The notes beneath the pieces were generated by a model. That model did no database searches, was not told the DNA's origin, and saw only the letters and a list, made by a program, of their open reading frames with translations. Positions 23,354 through 36,131 of a stretch of DNA of 64,000 nt are shown here, piece after piece. Position numbers and translations under genes: made by a program. The DNA is from Eremomyces bilateralis CBS 781.70 (taxonomy: Eukaryota). Location of the stretch: assembly GCA_010015585.1 (NCBI GenBank), contig ML975156.1; one strand, given 5' to 3'. Each line of letters opens with the position of its first letter. Position 1 is the stretch's first letter.

Positions 23354-23960
23354 GGTAAGCAAATCTGGCTCTCGACATATCTCTAGGTTTCTTGCTGGTA
23401 TATGCCTAGAATTGCTGCTGGCGACTGAAATTAGGATGAATGCCGTTTGAACGAAAATTGTTAGCAGCTCGACGTTCCCCTTCACATCAGCGCAAGACTA
23501 CCGTGAGGCTATTGACAAGGCTGGGGAGGGTCGGATCCGACTATCGGATAAGGAGTGATCCCGGTCACTGTAGAGTACAGAATAGGATGCATGATTTGAT
23601 GATCTCTGCCCCCATCGGCTACATGCCAATCACAATGTGACAAGCTGCAGTTGACGATAAACCGAGCGGCTGGTTCAGGCAACAACTTCGGCTGTGGGGG
23701 ATTTTCACTCAAGTAGTGGGAGGGCCGTAGAGACTAGAGAGCCATTACTCATTGCCACTTTGAAATCCAGGACGCAAATGTTTGAGTCTGAAGCAAATGA
23801 GAAATGCGATGGAGTGAAGTTCAATCGCGTCTAATTACCTATAACTATACCTATTACTACATAGTATGTCTGTGAATGGAGTGGAACGGGACGAGCTGCT
23901 GCTAACAGTGGACAGTTTATTACTTCCTGCACACACGGCCCGTAGTGTATTACCCCTGAG

Positions 23961-25838
23961 ATGCAACAAGATAACGAGGCGATAGAGCAAACTTCGCCCG
24001 AACAACCATCTGAACCTCCAACCACTACTTCTCAGAGCCATGTACCCGAGACGAGGGAGCCAGGATCCTAACCAGGAAAACCAGAGAATCCGGGAAACTC
24101 TGTTAGCAGCATCCACAAATATATATATGTGCTTCGCTATCATCCAAACTGACGAGCGCCGCAGGATCTGCACGATGGGCAAACCAAACATCAGAATCGG
24201 ATATCAGTCGACTCATCGAACAATCCAGTCAAGACGGCTCCGGCTGATATTGACCTGACGGGGCTGATAAACTCCGAGGAAATCGCCGAGGTGCCACCAG
24301 CAGCTGAAAACCCCGTCACGGACGGAGCAGCACCAGACCTTAACAACGCTGGTGATAGAGAGGGCAGTAGAAATGCTACGAAAGGCAAAGAGCCCAGCAA
24401 TGATGTGCGAGTAGATGATAGCCAGGCTGTCGCTAGTGCCTCCGATGATACGGATGGGGAGTTTGCAGACTTACAGCGAGGCTTCAATAGAAGGCGGAGT
24501 CTGATACCCCAGCTGCCACCACTCGCGAGGTATCCCGTATCTCCACATCTTGCACGCTCGTCCACTTTTCCATTGAACCTCACCCAGGATGATGACGACT
24601 CAGAAGAGGAAGCCTTACGAAAAAATAAAAAGAAGAAGAGGAAGAGGCTTGGGCAACAACCTACGGTTCATTTCGACACATCCAGTGCTGACGAATATGG
24701 GAATTCTGAGAGAAGTCCACTTATTCATCATGCAGGTACGCGCGATGGAAAGGAACCCAGTGCTGCAGTACCGCCTTCAGTAGACACAGAAGGTGTGCGA
24801 ACTACTCAACATGTGGGAAACAAACCCGGCCCAATTGTGGTCGTCCCACGTCCGGATGAAGGACGAGTTGCAACTTCGCAATCTACGGTTGCCTCAAGTT
24901 TACATCAACCCACAGATGTCGCTCAAGCAGAAAGGTCTCCCTCACAGACTAATCACCAAGCACCTGGTCCAAGGGATTGGCCAGTCCTTGACCAAGACAG
25001 CGCCCCAAGGCCAAGGCCTTTATCTCGAAGCGCTACATGGTCGTACATGCCTCTAGAACCAGGGCTTGACCCACGTTTGAAGGCAGCCCGAGATACCCAA
25101 CCTTCTTCAAGCCTTCCAAATTTACCTCTTCCTACACCGGGACAGCAACTACCTCTACCTCTACCTCCTCCAATACAAGGGCAGCCACTTCGTCCGTCGC
25201 CATCACCACCACCATTACCTCTAGCGCTCCCAGCACCAGGACCAGCCCCGACTCCTCCAGCGTCAGGAAGGTCTCTCCCCCAGTCACCTTCATCATCACC
25301 ACCACCACCTCCTCCTCCGCTCCAGCCAGCGACCGGGCATGTACCCGGGATTCCACAGCGCCATCCTTCGAAGAGTCAGCCTTTACCAGGGGGGCGTTTG
25401 ATTGCCCCTCGTCCTGATGCTGATTCGACGCTTCCAAGGTCATCTTTGTTCCCCTTCGTCAGGAAAAAGGTATGGGGTCGTCGTCCGTCTTTTCCTATAT
25501 CACTATTGGGACATTCTGTTCCTTACCGAGATTGGGTACGCGATTTATCGGAACACATGCCGCACCTGGAGAATGTCCGTCAACGTCAAGAAAGTGTCCG
25601 AAATATTGGCGACATGATATGCTGCAGCGTCTTCCCCGGACAGTTACGCAGGACCATGTTTAGCCAGTTTTATTTTCATGATGTCCACGAGGGCCTCAAT
25701 TGTGTCCGAGACATCAGTTGCAACCCCGCGAGCATGCATTTGTGGATAGATGTATTGTGTTGTGCATGGATGAGGCTTGGCCTCCTATTTGTCACTGACA
25801 ATGAGTATGGCTGGAAATCAACTGGTATATGGAGTTGA
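23961..25838 (+). pseudogene. Pro-rich low-complexity hypothetical gene, possibly degenerate or truncated
   Basis: Long 515-codon open frame (24291-25838) that extends upstream to a CTGAC...CGCAG acceptor near 24163. The putative first exon from ATG 23961 contains an in-frame TAA at 24069-24071. No recognisable domain. Confidence 0.35.
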
Positions 25839-26474
25839 GTATTGTTATAGTTGTTCCTGTGCAGGCTGACGGCAGCCACAGTCTATTTCAAGCTGATCTT
25901 ACAGAGTATTGAACTCACCCACGAACTCTTGTTGAAGCGGATGGCACGGAGCGGATAGAGGAGCCGAATTTTGCCGTGAATTGATGGTATTAATACTCGG
26001 ATCTCAATACGGAGACACCGGCTGTCTTGCTATTCTTTAGGCAATTGGGCAGGGCTTTTACACGATACACTTTGGCTACTAGTACTCCACAGGATGGAGA
26101 ACAGTGCTGCTGTACTTTTTATGTTTAGTAATTATGGTAGTACCATGGATACCGACGATCTTGGAGCGCCTGTTTATCGCCTATCGTGATTAAGGAGGGG
26201 TAATGTTGTCCCGACAACGCCCGGAATTCAGATCTATTACCCTAAAACCTCCACTTCAGAGGTATTTGGATTTAAGGTGAAATCCGGGGCATCCATCACG
26301 CCGATAGATCCGCAAAGTAGTTATTAGGATTTGACTGTTCCCTCTGATGATGGTAATTGGTAAGTGAAGCGATTAAGAATAGGCTACATACCCCACTTCA
26401 CTCCGTCCCACACGAGGACTTCATCAACTCAAGCAGTCTCTCTAATAATTTTACGGGTGAATATACAGCCTGCA

Positions 26475-27681
26475 ATGGATCAAACGAGATGCCTAGTACC
26501 TCCGGTACCGGCACCAAAACTTAATATACCACGCTCTCCATCGACCGTGGAAGTATCTATCATCGATAGGTATGCATTCCTTGCTGAGATTGGATACATC
26601 CGTGTGCTCACCCATCGCTAGCACCACACGGATCTCCATCCCCTTCACGACCCTTATCCGACCTCCTGTCCAAGACCTCCCCGACCTGAAGTGCCCGTCC
26701 TACGTCTTCCTCATCCACCACCGGCCGTCCAACCAGCGACTGGTCTTCGACCTCGGCGTCCGCAAAGATTGGAAGAACTTCGCCCCGGCGCTGGTCCGCC
26801 GAATCACGCAGAACGGGTGGGGAGTCTCGGTCCAGAAGAATATCTCGGAGATCCTCACGGAGAATGGCGTGGATCTGTCCTCAATCAACGCCGTCATCTG
26901 GAGTCACCAGCATTGGGACCACATCGGTGACCCGTCCACGTTCCCGGCGTCGACAGCATTGATCGTCGGCCCCGGATTCAAAGATGCCTTCGCTCCTGGC
27001 TATCCCGCCAACCCGCGGGGAGTGATCCGCGAATCCGACTACGAAGGTCGGGAGTTCCGCGAGGTGTCGTTCCCGTCGGACGACTCCCCGGATCTGCTTC
27101 GCATCGGCCGTTTCAAGGCCATCGACTACTTCCAGGACGGGAGCTTCTACCTTCTGGACGCACCAGGTCATACCATTGGGCACTTATGCGCGCTGGCCCG
27201 CGTCACGGATGGGGACAGGCAAGGATTCGTCCTGATGGGTGCCGACGCGGCGCATCATGCGGGCGAGTTCCGTCCGTCCCCGTACCTTCCGCTGCCGAAG
27301 GACATTTCGCCGAATCCGCTTGAAGGGATCAGCAACTCGAGGTTCGCGACCGGTCATGTGTGTCCTGGGGAGATTTTCCTGCACGGGGACGGCGAGGATG
27401 GGGGGCCGAAGAGGGCGGATCATCGCTTCTTGGCCCCGGCGAAGGGTCTGAGTGTGGATGGGGAGAAGGCTAGTTGGACGATCGAGGGGTTGGAGGAGTT
27501 CGATGCGTCGGACGAGGTGCTCGTGGTGCTGGCGCACGACTCGACCGTTCAGGGGATGCTGAATTTCTTTCCAAAGGGGATCGAGGGGCAGATGCGACAA
27601 GATGTGAAGAATAAGGTCCGATGGAGATGGTTGGCTGACTTTGCTTCGGAGACGGGAGGGACAAAGGGGGAGCGGTTGTGA
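26475..27681 (+). CDS. Metallo-beta-lactamase-fold hydrolase (AHL-lactonase / gamma-lactamase-like)
   Basis: HxHxDH motif SHQHWDHIGD, plus LVFDLGVRKDW, DAPGHTIGH, GADAAHH, LAHD. Intron 26570-26621. Confidence 0.9.
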
Positions 27682-27793
27682 ACGCTACGTACTCTTGTCG
27701 AAATACCTATCTTCGTTGTATTATAGGACACAGTCACCTACACGATGTTTAAACGCACCACTACAAGCAGACCACATAATAGGCGAAAGCGAG

Positions 27794-28880
27794 CTAGAGG
27801 TTAGGTGACATCGTATCAAACCTACCACCGGCCTGATTGCAGACAAGCACTCATATCGGACTTTCCAAACGGGTATCCCCTAACGTCTGTTTAATAGCCA
27901 TCAAATATTAGGGCGGCCATACCTGAGACTGGAGACCACCTAGCAAGATGATTTTGAACTTCGAAATAGTATGGAGCTGCTTGAGGGTTCCAAGCAAAGT
28001 ACAGTGAAGCAAGCGAAGAGAATGATGTGAACATAGCATCCTTTGAGTCGCATATGGGCCGCCCTAGGCTCTACCGTCCCTCACCAAGGCTCTCCCTGGA
28101 CCGTGGCTGGAGGGACTCCGAACGACGAAGGAAACCAACGCAACAGCACTCAGGACTTTGACGGAACGAAAGACGAACATATTAGACGAACGGACCATCG
28201 TGAGTCGCAGGATCGTATACCATGGACCGATGCCAATGACCACGGGAATCCAACCTGTTCACCAACTCATCTGCATACCATCGGAATGCAACCTCCTGAA
28301 ACCGTGAAACAAGCAAAAAATCAGGTACGCATTTGAAAACCCGACCTTTCCAAATGGAAATTAAAGGGCTTGACTCTTATATTCCTGGAAGACCAGTCCG
28401 TTGATCACCGCATTTGTTTCAGGTTCTGAAACAAGTACCTACTTGTCGGCTTGACCATATTCGCATTTTCGGTGACCGTACGAACCAACGTCATGCCTCT
28501 CCGCGTGCTTGTTGAGTGCAGTCGCGGAACGCGTTCCGCATGCATTGCTGACATGTGAGTGATGACTTGTGAGTGGGCAGTCGGTGGTTCCCAAACGCCG
28601 ACAGAGTGATCCAGTGCTTCGGATGATCGACGCCGTTCCTTGCTCCAGGAGGCTGGACGCCAACTTGCACTCCGTTTATCTTTCTAGTTTCTACACCGCG
28701 CGAACGGAATTCAGAGGGTAGACCCGGAATGGAAACTCCTCCTTGCAAGTTGCGACTAACCCGGCTGGCCGCGACCGAAACTCATGGTCGTTCGGCAGGT
28801 GAGGAGTGGAAGTTTCGTTGATTTTGTGCAAGGATAGAAGGGCGTCGGCGTGTCGGAGGCGGGACAAATGTCGGTCGGGT
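27794..28880 (-). ncRNA. Candidate spliced non-coding transcript (multi-intron, no recognisable ORF)
   Basis: Minus-strand donor/branch/acceptor sets define introns 28296-28442, 28156-28278 and 27794-27922, with a further donor GTTAGT at 28760. 17-nt exon at 28279-28295. Promoter-type motifs at 28890-28970. Confidence 0.35.
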
Positions 28881-29322
28881 GTCCGGCAGGCCTGAGGTAT
28901 TTGAGCAGAATAAGTAATTACGTGGACTCAAATCACTAGTTAGTTAAGAACTTAAGATACTTCTCAAGGTAGCTGACGCATCGCATCATTTAGAAGAGGA
29001 GGGAAGAATCGGAAAGAAGATTATCGGAGGGACTTGTGCATCCGCGCCAAGTCTGTTCCAAATATTCTGCGACGCGACTCACTTGATGTTTGGAGACGGC
29101 GCTTGGCGGTGGACATAACGTGAAGTTGGAGTCCGGTATGAACCCGATACGCACTATTATTGCTGCGCCTTGAAAGTTAGACAGGGCTCTACAAAGTAAG
29201 ACTATCAAATCACTGTGGACGGAGTTACGGATGTACTGCACTCGGAGTAGAGAAAGAATCCGATCCCCCTTTACACTCTACGATTTCCCTCTGAAGCCCC
29301 TTACCGTAGGTGATTCCATCTC

Positions 29323-29366
29323 TCATCATCATCATCATCATCATCATCACCATCATCATAATCATG
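29323..29366. repeat. (CAT)n trinucleotide microsatellite
   Basis: Directly visible. Confidence 0.9.
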
Positions 29367-30338
29367 GGGCGAGAGCAAATGATCATATTCAATTATCAAT
29401 ATTGAATGCCGGTCCTATGCTTCGGATTGGTCGGGTTTTAGCCTTACGATATTTCTGTATTTGTGATCAGAGGCCAGACGAGATGGCGCCGAGCACCTCG
29501 CACGGCCGAGGGACCCGGTCGGTGGAATCGGGCCACCGCATCGGACCTCCGGGTTTTTCGTCCGCGAGTGCGCGAGGGTTGTTTGGGTCATGTGTCGTCT
29601 GGATCATTGGCCTGGAGTTGGACGGGTGGAGCTTGGAGGGGATCAGGTCTCGAGTGCGGAAGTGCGGAATTGTGGATGCCTAGCGAATAGTGGTGCCTGA
29701 CCAAGTCCCGCAGCCGATCGTTCCATCATCCTTGTCGCTGCAGGGATGATTGGATGATGGGCCCTGGCACTGGGAAGGCTGACTGAACGGAAGGTGAAGA
29801 TTAGAAGCTGACCGCTGAGGGGCTTGGGTTGTTGGATGGCTATACGGATGCCAGCACATGCTGACGGTCACTATACACAGTAGTATAGTGATCATGAAGC
29901 TGCGTGGTAAGACTGAGACATAATGACTTGTTCATGGTGGGTAAGATACACATCTGATGGTGGCACGAGAGGGTGAGTTTGAAGTTTGAACATCTTATGA
30001 TTGTTAGGTAGCTACGTAGCAGGCGGTCATGAATTCCATGCCGCCGCGAGCATCTGTCTCGACCTCGAGCTTCCAGAACAAGAGGGAGAGCTAGATTTTT
30101 GATATCCCAGATCCTCCACGGGCAGTCTCGTGCCAATATGTCACCCTCCTATCTCCGAAGTGTCCAAATCCCAAATCTTCTCCAATATCCGTTTTGAGTG
30201 TAGACTGTATCCGTGGAAATCCGTCATGAGTGGTAAATGTAGAAAAAACGCCGTTATGTAAATGCACAGGTATCTGTTCGCTGAAAACGCTCGACTCGCT
30301 GGAAACAATTCATTCGATCGTGATCGGGTTGCTGTGAT

Positions 30339-31103
30339 CTAGCAAGCCGCGATGAGCTGATTGGATCGGTCCGGGATAAAGAACCCTTCTTCGACGAAGG
30401 ATTCCTGCTCGGATGGTGATAATGATGATTGTTTTCGATTGAAGAATCCAGTGGTCGCGATGGCCTGTCTCTGCTCCTCCGTGTATTCGAGGCTGAGTTG
30501 CGGGGGCGACGCCGGCGGGGTGTCGTCGTCTGAGTCCGAGTCGAGGATGAGCTCGGGCGGGGAGTTGGAAGCAGTTCGTGTGAGAGCGTGCTCCTCGTCG
30601 TCCTCCTCGTCCTCGAACTCCTCGTCTGAGTCCTCGACTTCGCGGGAGGTGATGCTGATGGCGGATTGGCGGAAGTGGAGGGGTGCGGTCAACTCGAAGT
30701 CGGCCTCATCGAAGTCGTCGTCGGAGTCGCTGTCGGAGGCATCGGAGGCGCTGTCGTCCTCATCCTCCTCCATGATGGCGGAGTCAGCCCATCGCACATG
30801 CATGGGCTCCTCGGCTTTCTGGATGGTCTGGTTGAACCAGGTCTCCTGCTCCCGCTCGGCCTCGTGCAGCTCGACCATGAGGGAATCGAGGAGGTTGGCG
30901 TGGCCGACGAGATGTCGGAGGGAGTGGTCGCTCTTCTGAGCTTCCCGGCCCAGCTTCGAGCGGGCCGAGGCGGCGATGTAGTAGGTCTGCGTGAGACTCA
31001 TCTTCTTCTGCTTCTTGGCTGGCGGTGAGGGGGAGAAGTAGGATCGAGTGGTTTCGGCGGTAAAAGGCTCGAAAGACTGCTGACGACGAAGATGGGAAGG
31101 CAT
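30339..31103 (-). CDS. Ecm13-like conserved acidic fungal protein
   Basis: Motif MSLTQTYYIAASARSKLGREA...LRHLVGHANLLDSL followed by a D/E-rich tail. Intronless. Confidence 0.75.
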   Translation of the reverse strand: MPSHLRRQQSFEPFTAETTRSYFSPSPPAKKQKKMSLTQTYYIAASARSKLGREAQKSDHSLRHLVGHANLLDSLMVELHEAEREQETWFNQTIQKAEEPMHVRWADSAIMEEDEDDSASDASDSDSDDDFDEADFELTAPLHFRQSAISITSREVEDSDEEFEDEEDDEEHALTRTASNSPPELILDSDSDDDTPPASPPQLSLEYTEEQRQAIATTGFFNRKQSSLSPSEQESFVEEGFFIPDRSNQLIAAC

Positions 31104-34100
31104 TGTGAATTGAGGAGGGACGGGGTCCTTTTTCTTAAATGAGGAATTGAGGAGGTGGTGGATCTGGTCGGGGATGTTTTTTTGATGTCTGCCTGTGAGT
31201 CAAGGCAACGATGGGAATTTATCGATGACTGTAGAGCAGCAATTTTCACGATCTGGCCAATCAAGTGGGGCAGTGGCGTGTTCCGGCGTCCGGGAGGTCC
31301 AGGTCGGTGGAGAGAACGGAATATCGGTCAAGGTGGTTGAAGATCGTTGAAGACTTGTTGGCAAAGTCGACCAAAGTCAGTTGAGGACTGGATGAAGATT
31401 TTGAAGCTGAAGCTGAATTCTGATCGTTTCTCTCTCTCGGAAGGTGGGGGATGATGAGGAGATAAATAATCGTCGTTGGATGATCCGTGAACAATCCGAA
31501 GTGAGCGTCAGTCCGGCTTGCGACTGCTGTGTTTTCGTAAACTCCGTCTCGGCCGTGGCTTGACAGGGTGTGGATTAATAGGCGACCCGGAGGATACGTT
31601 GTCTTTCACCGACTTGCGCAGTTAGAGCCCGCATGCATCTCCGGCTTAATGTCGCTCCCCTCCCTCACACCCTCTAATCCTCTGTATCAGTCAGCCAGGC
31701 ACTCTGTAAGTCCGTCACTCAGTCACCCTCACTCAGACATGCGATTCACCTCATAACCTCATTCGGTCATTCCTAATCATTCTGGTTCATCATCAACTTT
31801 GTCAACCGAAAGTCCGAACCACCTTAATCCCCCGGGCCCATCCTTGTCCGCCCTGTCGCCCGACTCTTCCGCGCACAAATCTCTGGTCCGACGCCTGCTG
31901 CCACGCCCTGTAAAACGCCCTGTATCCTTGGGAGTCATTCGCAAAATTCTTTGGCATTCTTGCTGATGAAATCATCCTGATTACACATCCTCCTTCACCT
32001 TGTGCAGTTATGCTCAATAATGCCCCACCCATCGGCCCATCCTCATAGGGCTCATTTCACCTTACCTGATCATTCATCCGATTTTCCTCCGTTATGCCCA
32101 GTCATCATGATTGTGAATTTGACTCCCTTAACTCCTGCTGTTAAGTCCCTGCCTGCTGCCCTGCACGTCACCATTCCAAATGGTCCCGAATAGGCGAATG
32201 GGTATTTATCTTGGGGTCTGGCGAGGGGTAAGGCGTACACGTTCTATCATCAATTGCAATTGTCGATAAACACTGGACATGCAGGATATGGTGTATCTCC
32301 GCTTCCTTCGACATGGCCTCAATTTCCGCTCTTCTCGGATTGTTTCATCTCGCGGTGCATTCTCGAATTGGACCATGTCGCCAGGATGCAACGTAACTCG
32401 CAGGCATCCATCGCCTTTTCGAACACCGCAGTTGCTGGGTGAATGGCTGGGTCGCGCGGGCAGCGGGAGGGATTCGTCCTCCGCTCTGGAGGCGTGGCTG
32501 GCATTCGCAACACAATTATGAATTAATCCACCCGCCAGAAGAAATTTAGTTAAGGCTGCCTTGGGACGACGACGAATACATGAGCCCTAAGCCCGAGTGA
32601 GTCGTCACCCAGCAACTGCGCTCCGCTGCTGATGTGGACAATCGCAAGCGTATCGCTCGTAAGTCGCAAGGCTGCCAAATTCATGGCGGAAATAGGACAA
32701 GCTAAGCCCCGATGCCGTTCGCTTTGGTCGGACTCACAGCACCCTGTATTTCTTACAACACGTAATCACTGGGCTGCAACCGTAGCATTGCTGGCAGCCT
32801 GTCACTCTGGCCTGGCAGACTAGAGAGCCTGGAGATTCGTAGACCGATTGTTTCCAGTTGCTCGGGGTTTAACGGCAAGCCCGAGCCAATACCCCGATGC
32901 CCCCAACGTCCCCCAGCTGATGCCTGCCAAACATGAATAGCCTATGCTGCATTCGGGCAATGTACAACATTCCTGCCCTTGTTCCAGCGGATCTAAAAGA
33001 CCCCTCCTCCCCAGCCATTAGAGGGCGTGCGGAACCAACTGCGCACCCCTCTCGTTGTCTTGACCGCCTGATGCGGTGTCTGGATGAGTGGGACGCCTGG
33101 GGTGGGGTGTGGCTTCACGACATGCCGGCCCGTGACATGAACTGTCTCTCTCGAACCCACATCTGGACCTTGGACTTTGGAGAGAGTGAGTCGGTCGCGA
33201 CACATCTGACTGCGACACGGGTTCGCGAGATCAGACCCGGTCTCTCGCGAGATGTCACATTTCCTTCACCCGAGATGGTCATCAACATTTGATCAATATT
33301 GCTCGTGCTTCGACACAAATCAAGGGGTCCTAGCCTATCTCCAGCGACAACAGAACCTGCACAACGTCAGTCGACGCGAACGATTACCAAGATTGTGAAG
33401 CCTGTTTGCGAAAATGACACCATCGTGGTTTATCGTATATACCGTACTGGAGCGTATGATAACATGCATCAAGCCGATTTCTAAAGCTCATGATGCAGAT
33501 TGCAGAACCATGGCGTGCGAGTGTTGAATGATTGGTGGGATGACCCCTCTTCCTGCTGACTGATTAGCGATCAACCTCGTAGGGCTGCTGAGTGCTGACA
33601 ATTCCAGCCCATTCGGCCCCGACTGAAATGCTGATTCATCGACGAAAGCCGTATTGCCGCAGCAATATAGATTGTAGAATGCTAATATATTCCCGAGGAA
33701 GGAATTTGATATCCAATTATGAATTACCGTACACGGCAGGACGGCACGCATCCGATGGTTATAGTCCGATGAATTACCGGTAGCTATCCACTTCCCAAAC
33801 AGGAAATGGTTAATTGCCCTCTGCTATCATAACTTTCGGTGCGTACCTTCAATTGAAGCCTTGGAATCTGGAACACAATGAGCTACGATCCCGATCCCGA
33901 TACCGGTACCGTTTCTACTGAGCGATGATACGTCGCAATACAACAGCATTCCTCTGCACACCTCAATTACGGTGACACTACAACTAGGAAGGGGTTTTAA
34001 TCGTCTCATTGTCTTCCGGACCATAATCCAAAGTGAACTGTTTCTCCTCGCCTACTGATCTGACCGTCTCTCGCTTCAGGTTCAAGCCTGAAAAGGTAAA

Positions 34101-35734
34101 TGGACTGCAGGAACACACATGCCGGTGACCCCACCCGAAAACGAAATGATTCAGCACGCCACCGAGCACACGTTTGGTCAGCAGCCATAGGGCTTAGATT
34201 CTTACGACCGCTTTGGCCCGTGAATGCAAAATTCCATTCTGCAATTTCCCCACCCCTACCATCAGCCCTAAGTAATTCACTCCCTAACTAACTTAATCCA
34301 TACGCTGTTAATTAGTTAAAGCGCCGAGTGTGCTCCGAGAACTAAACAGTGAGAGCTATGAAGGGCAAGCCACCAATAATGATCTCCAGTTGTGCCCTGT
34401 CCCCATGCCTTACCTGTCGCTTTTCCTCCCTAATTTTAGGCGTGGAACCCTGCCAGCAGCCTTCTAGCAGCCTTCTAGCGCCGAATGGGAATCCAAAGCA
34501 ATGGAACCTCCACAGCACGATGGACCCATCTGGAGCCATCGACTGATGTACAGAAGCTCGGAAGGACAAGGACAGACATGGTCCACAAGGTTCTGTTGAG
34601 GCTTTGCGGCTTCTTTGAAATTTAGAGAGCCGAGACACACCGCTATCGATCGAAGTGTATCTGCATTGCCGGTTCGTGTCGCGAGGCACGACTTTCATTA
34701 AATCACGATGTTGCAATCCCCTATCTCGAAACGCCCCTATTCATGTTGTGTTCATGGTTTCCGTTGTGTCGGGTATCCCCTGACTGGGACTTGACCTCCT
34801 CGGGGCTACCGACATTCCTCAATGACCATCAAGCCTGATGGATACCAGCCATGAATTACCAGTCCGTAGTTCGCAATTTTGAGGTCACAGGTGGGATCAG
34901 TACGCCAATCGATATTATTGTGTCTGTACACCCTACCACAAAAATGACACTAGTCGCAGTATTTACCGTATCGTACATGATTCAAGGAGCAGCAGGTACC
35001 GAATCACCACTGATGAATTCCTGCGCAGGAAGTAAATGGATCATACCTACCGGCATCCAAGACACTGGTGTACGGCTTCGAATCTTCCCGGTAAGAAGAG
35101 GATGAGCAGATTGCAGAGAAGTGGTCGCGCGAATTGAGCACAGCGGAAGCTGGAATGTCAACATCATGAGTGTTTGGTGGGCGGTGGAATTCATTAGAAT
35201 ACCTTTCCCGGGAGAAGAAGCGTTGCTGACGGTGCGACTGTATTGTTGAAGGCCAGTGTCATGATTTCACGGCTCACGGACAGATAGTGGAGAGAGACGG
35301 AATTCCGTTGATTCACCGACCATCTGCATGATCAATCTATTCGGTCTTCAGAATGACGGCAGTACCAGCCCAAGAAAGACGCAGAATACCGAGATGATAA
35401 CCCTTGTAGTGGTCCCTTCTAAAGAAACAAGCCGGATCGCCCTTGTTGGGTTTCGCGAGAGATATTTCCGACGCTCTTCTACGTCCTGAGCCTAACTCCA
35501 AGCACATGCAGAGCCATACCTCCAAAAACGCCTTGCTTGCAACTCCTCTTACATCTCATGCTTTTGCTGAGTGTCGACCTTGAAAATTGTCTAGTGACAG
35601 CACTGTCTGCATGCCAATGCGCACGATATTCGTATATAAGTGCTCCTCAAGCAACAGTCGATATGGGTGGGGGGGCGAAGAGATATTAAACCGGTGGTTC
35701 GTGGAAAACGCCACGCACTCGTCCTGCGTCGCGC

Positions 35735-36131
35735 TCACGACCCAGCCTTCGGTCGATGCTTCTGGTTCGCGGGATCGGCAGGATTATACCTGCATATAGT
35801 CGTTAGCAAAAGATATACTACACAAGCATCTTCCAAATACGCATACCGTAGGAGTTTCTCAATCAAATCCACGTGTGTCATGATCATTCTTCGGCAGCAG
35901 TAGCGGTTCAGGTCGAGTTTGTCCATAGCCTCCCTGGGATCATGTCAGTGGGTGTCGCCCATATAAGCTCCATCATGTCTCATACCCATCAGCAAGTCCC
36001 TCTTCCTCAATCATCTTGAGGTATCGCTCCCAAAGATCGCCGACAACCTGCTCATTGAGTTAGACTTGAGTTGCGCGATGGTGGGAGTAACGAACCTTTC
36101 CACAAGAGAAGCATCGGATTGGGATAATCAT
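35735..36131 (-). CDS. RPB10: RNA polymerase I/II/III shared subunit RPABC5
   Basis: Spliced: [79 protein letters not shown]. Introns 36048-36095, 35934-35985, 35790-35846. Confidence 0.97.

Noticed and set aside
18734..27681. Secondary-metabolite biosynthetic cluster
   Set aside because: No PKS, NRPS, terpene synthase, transporter or Zn2Cys6 regulator in the window.
27850..27875. GGAAAGTCC (minus strand) resembling RNase P/MRP CR-I
   Set aside because: No complementary CR-V/P4 partner found downstream.
29231..29683. 150-aa ORF with poly-His
   Set aside because: The His run is the (CAT)n microsatellite; the rest has no recognisable domain.
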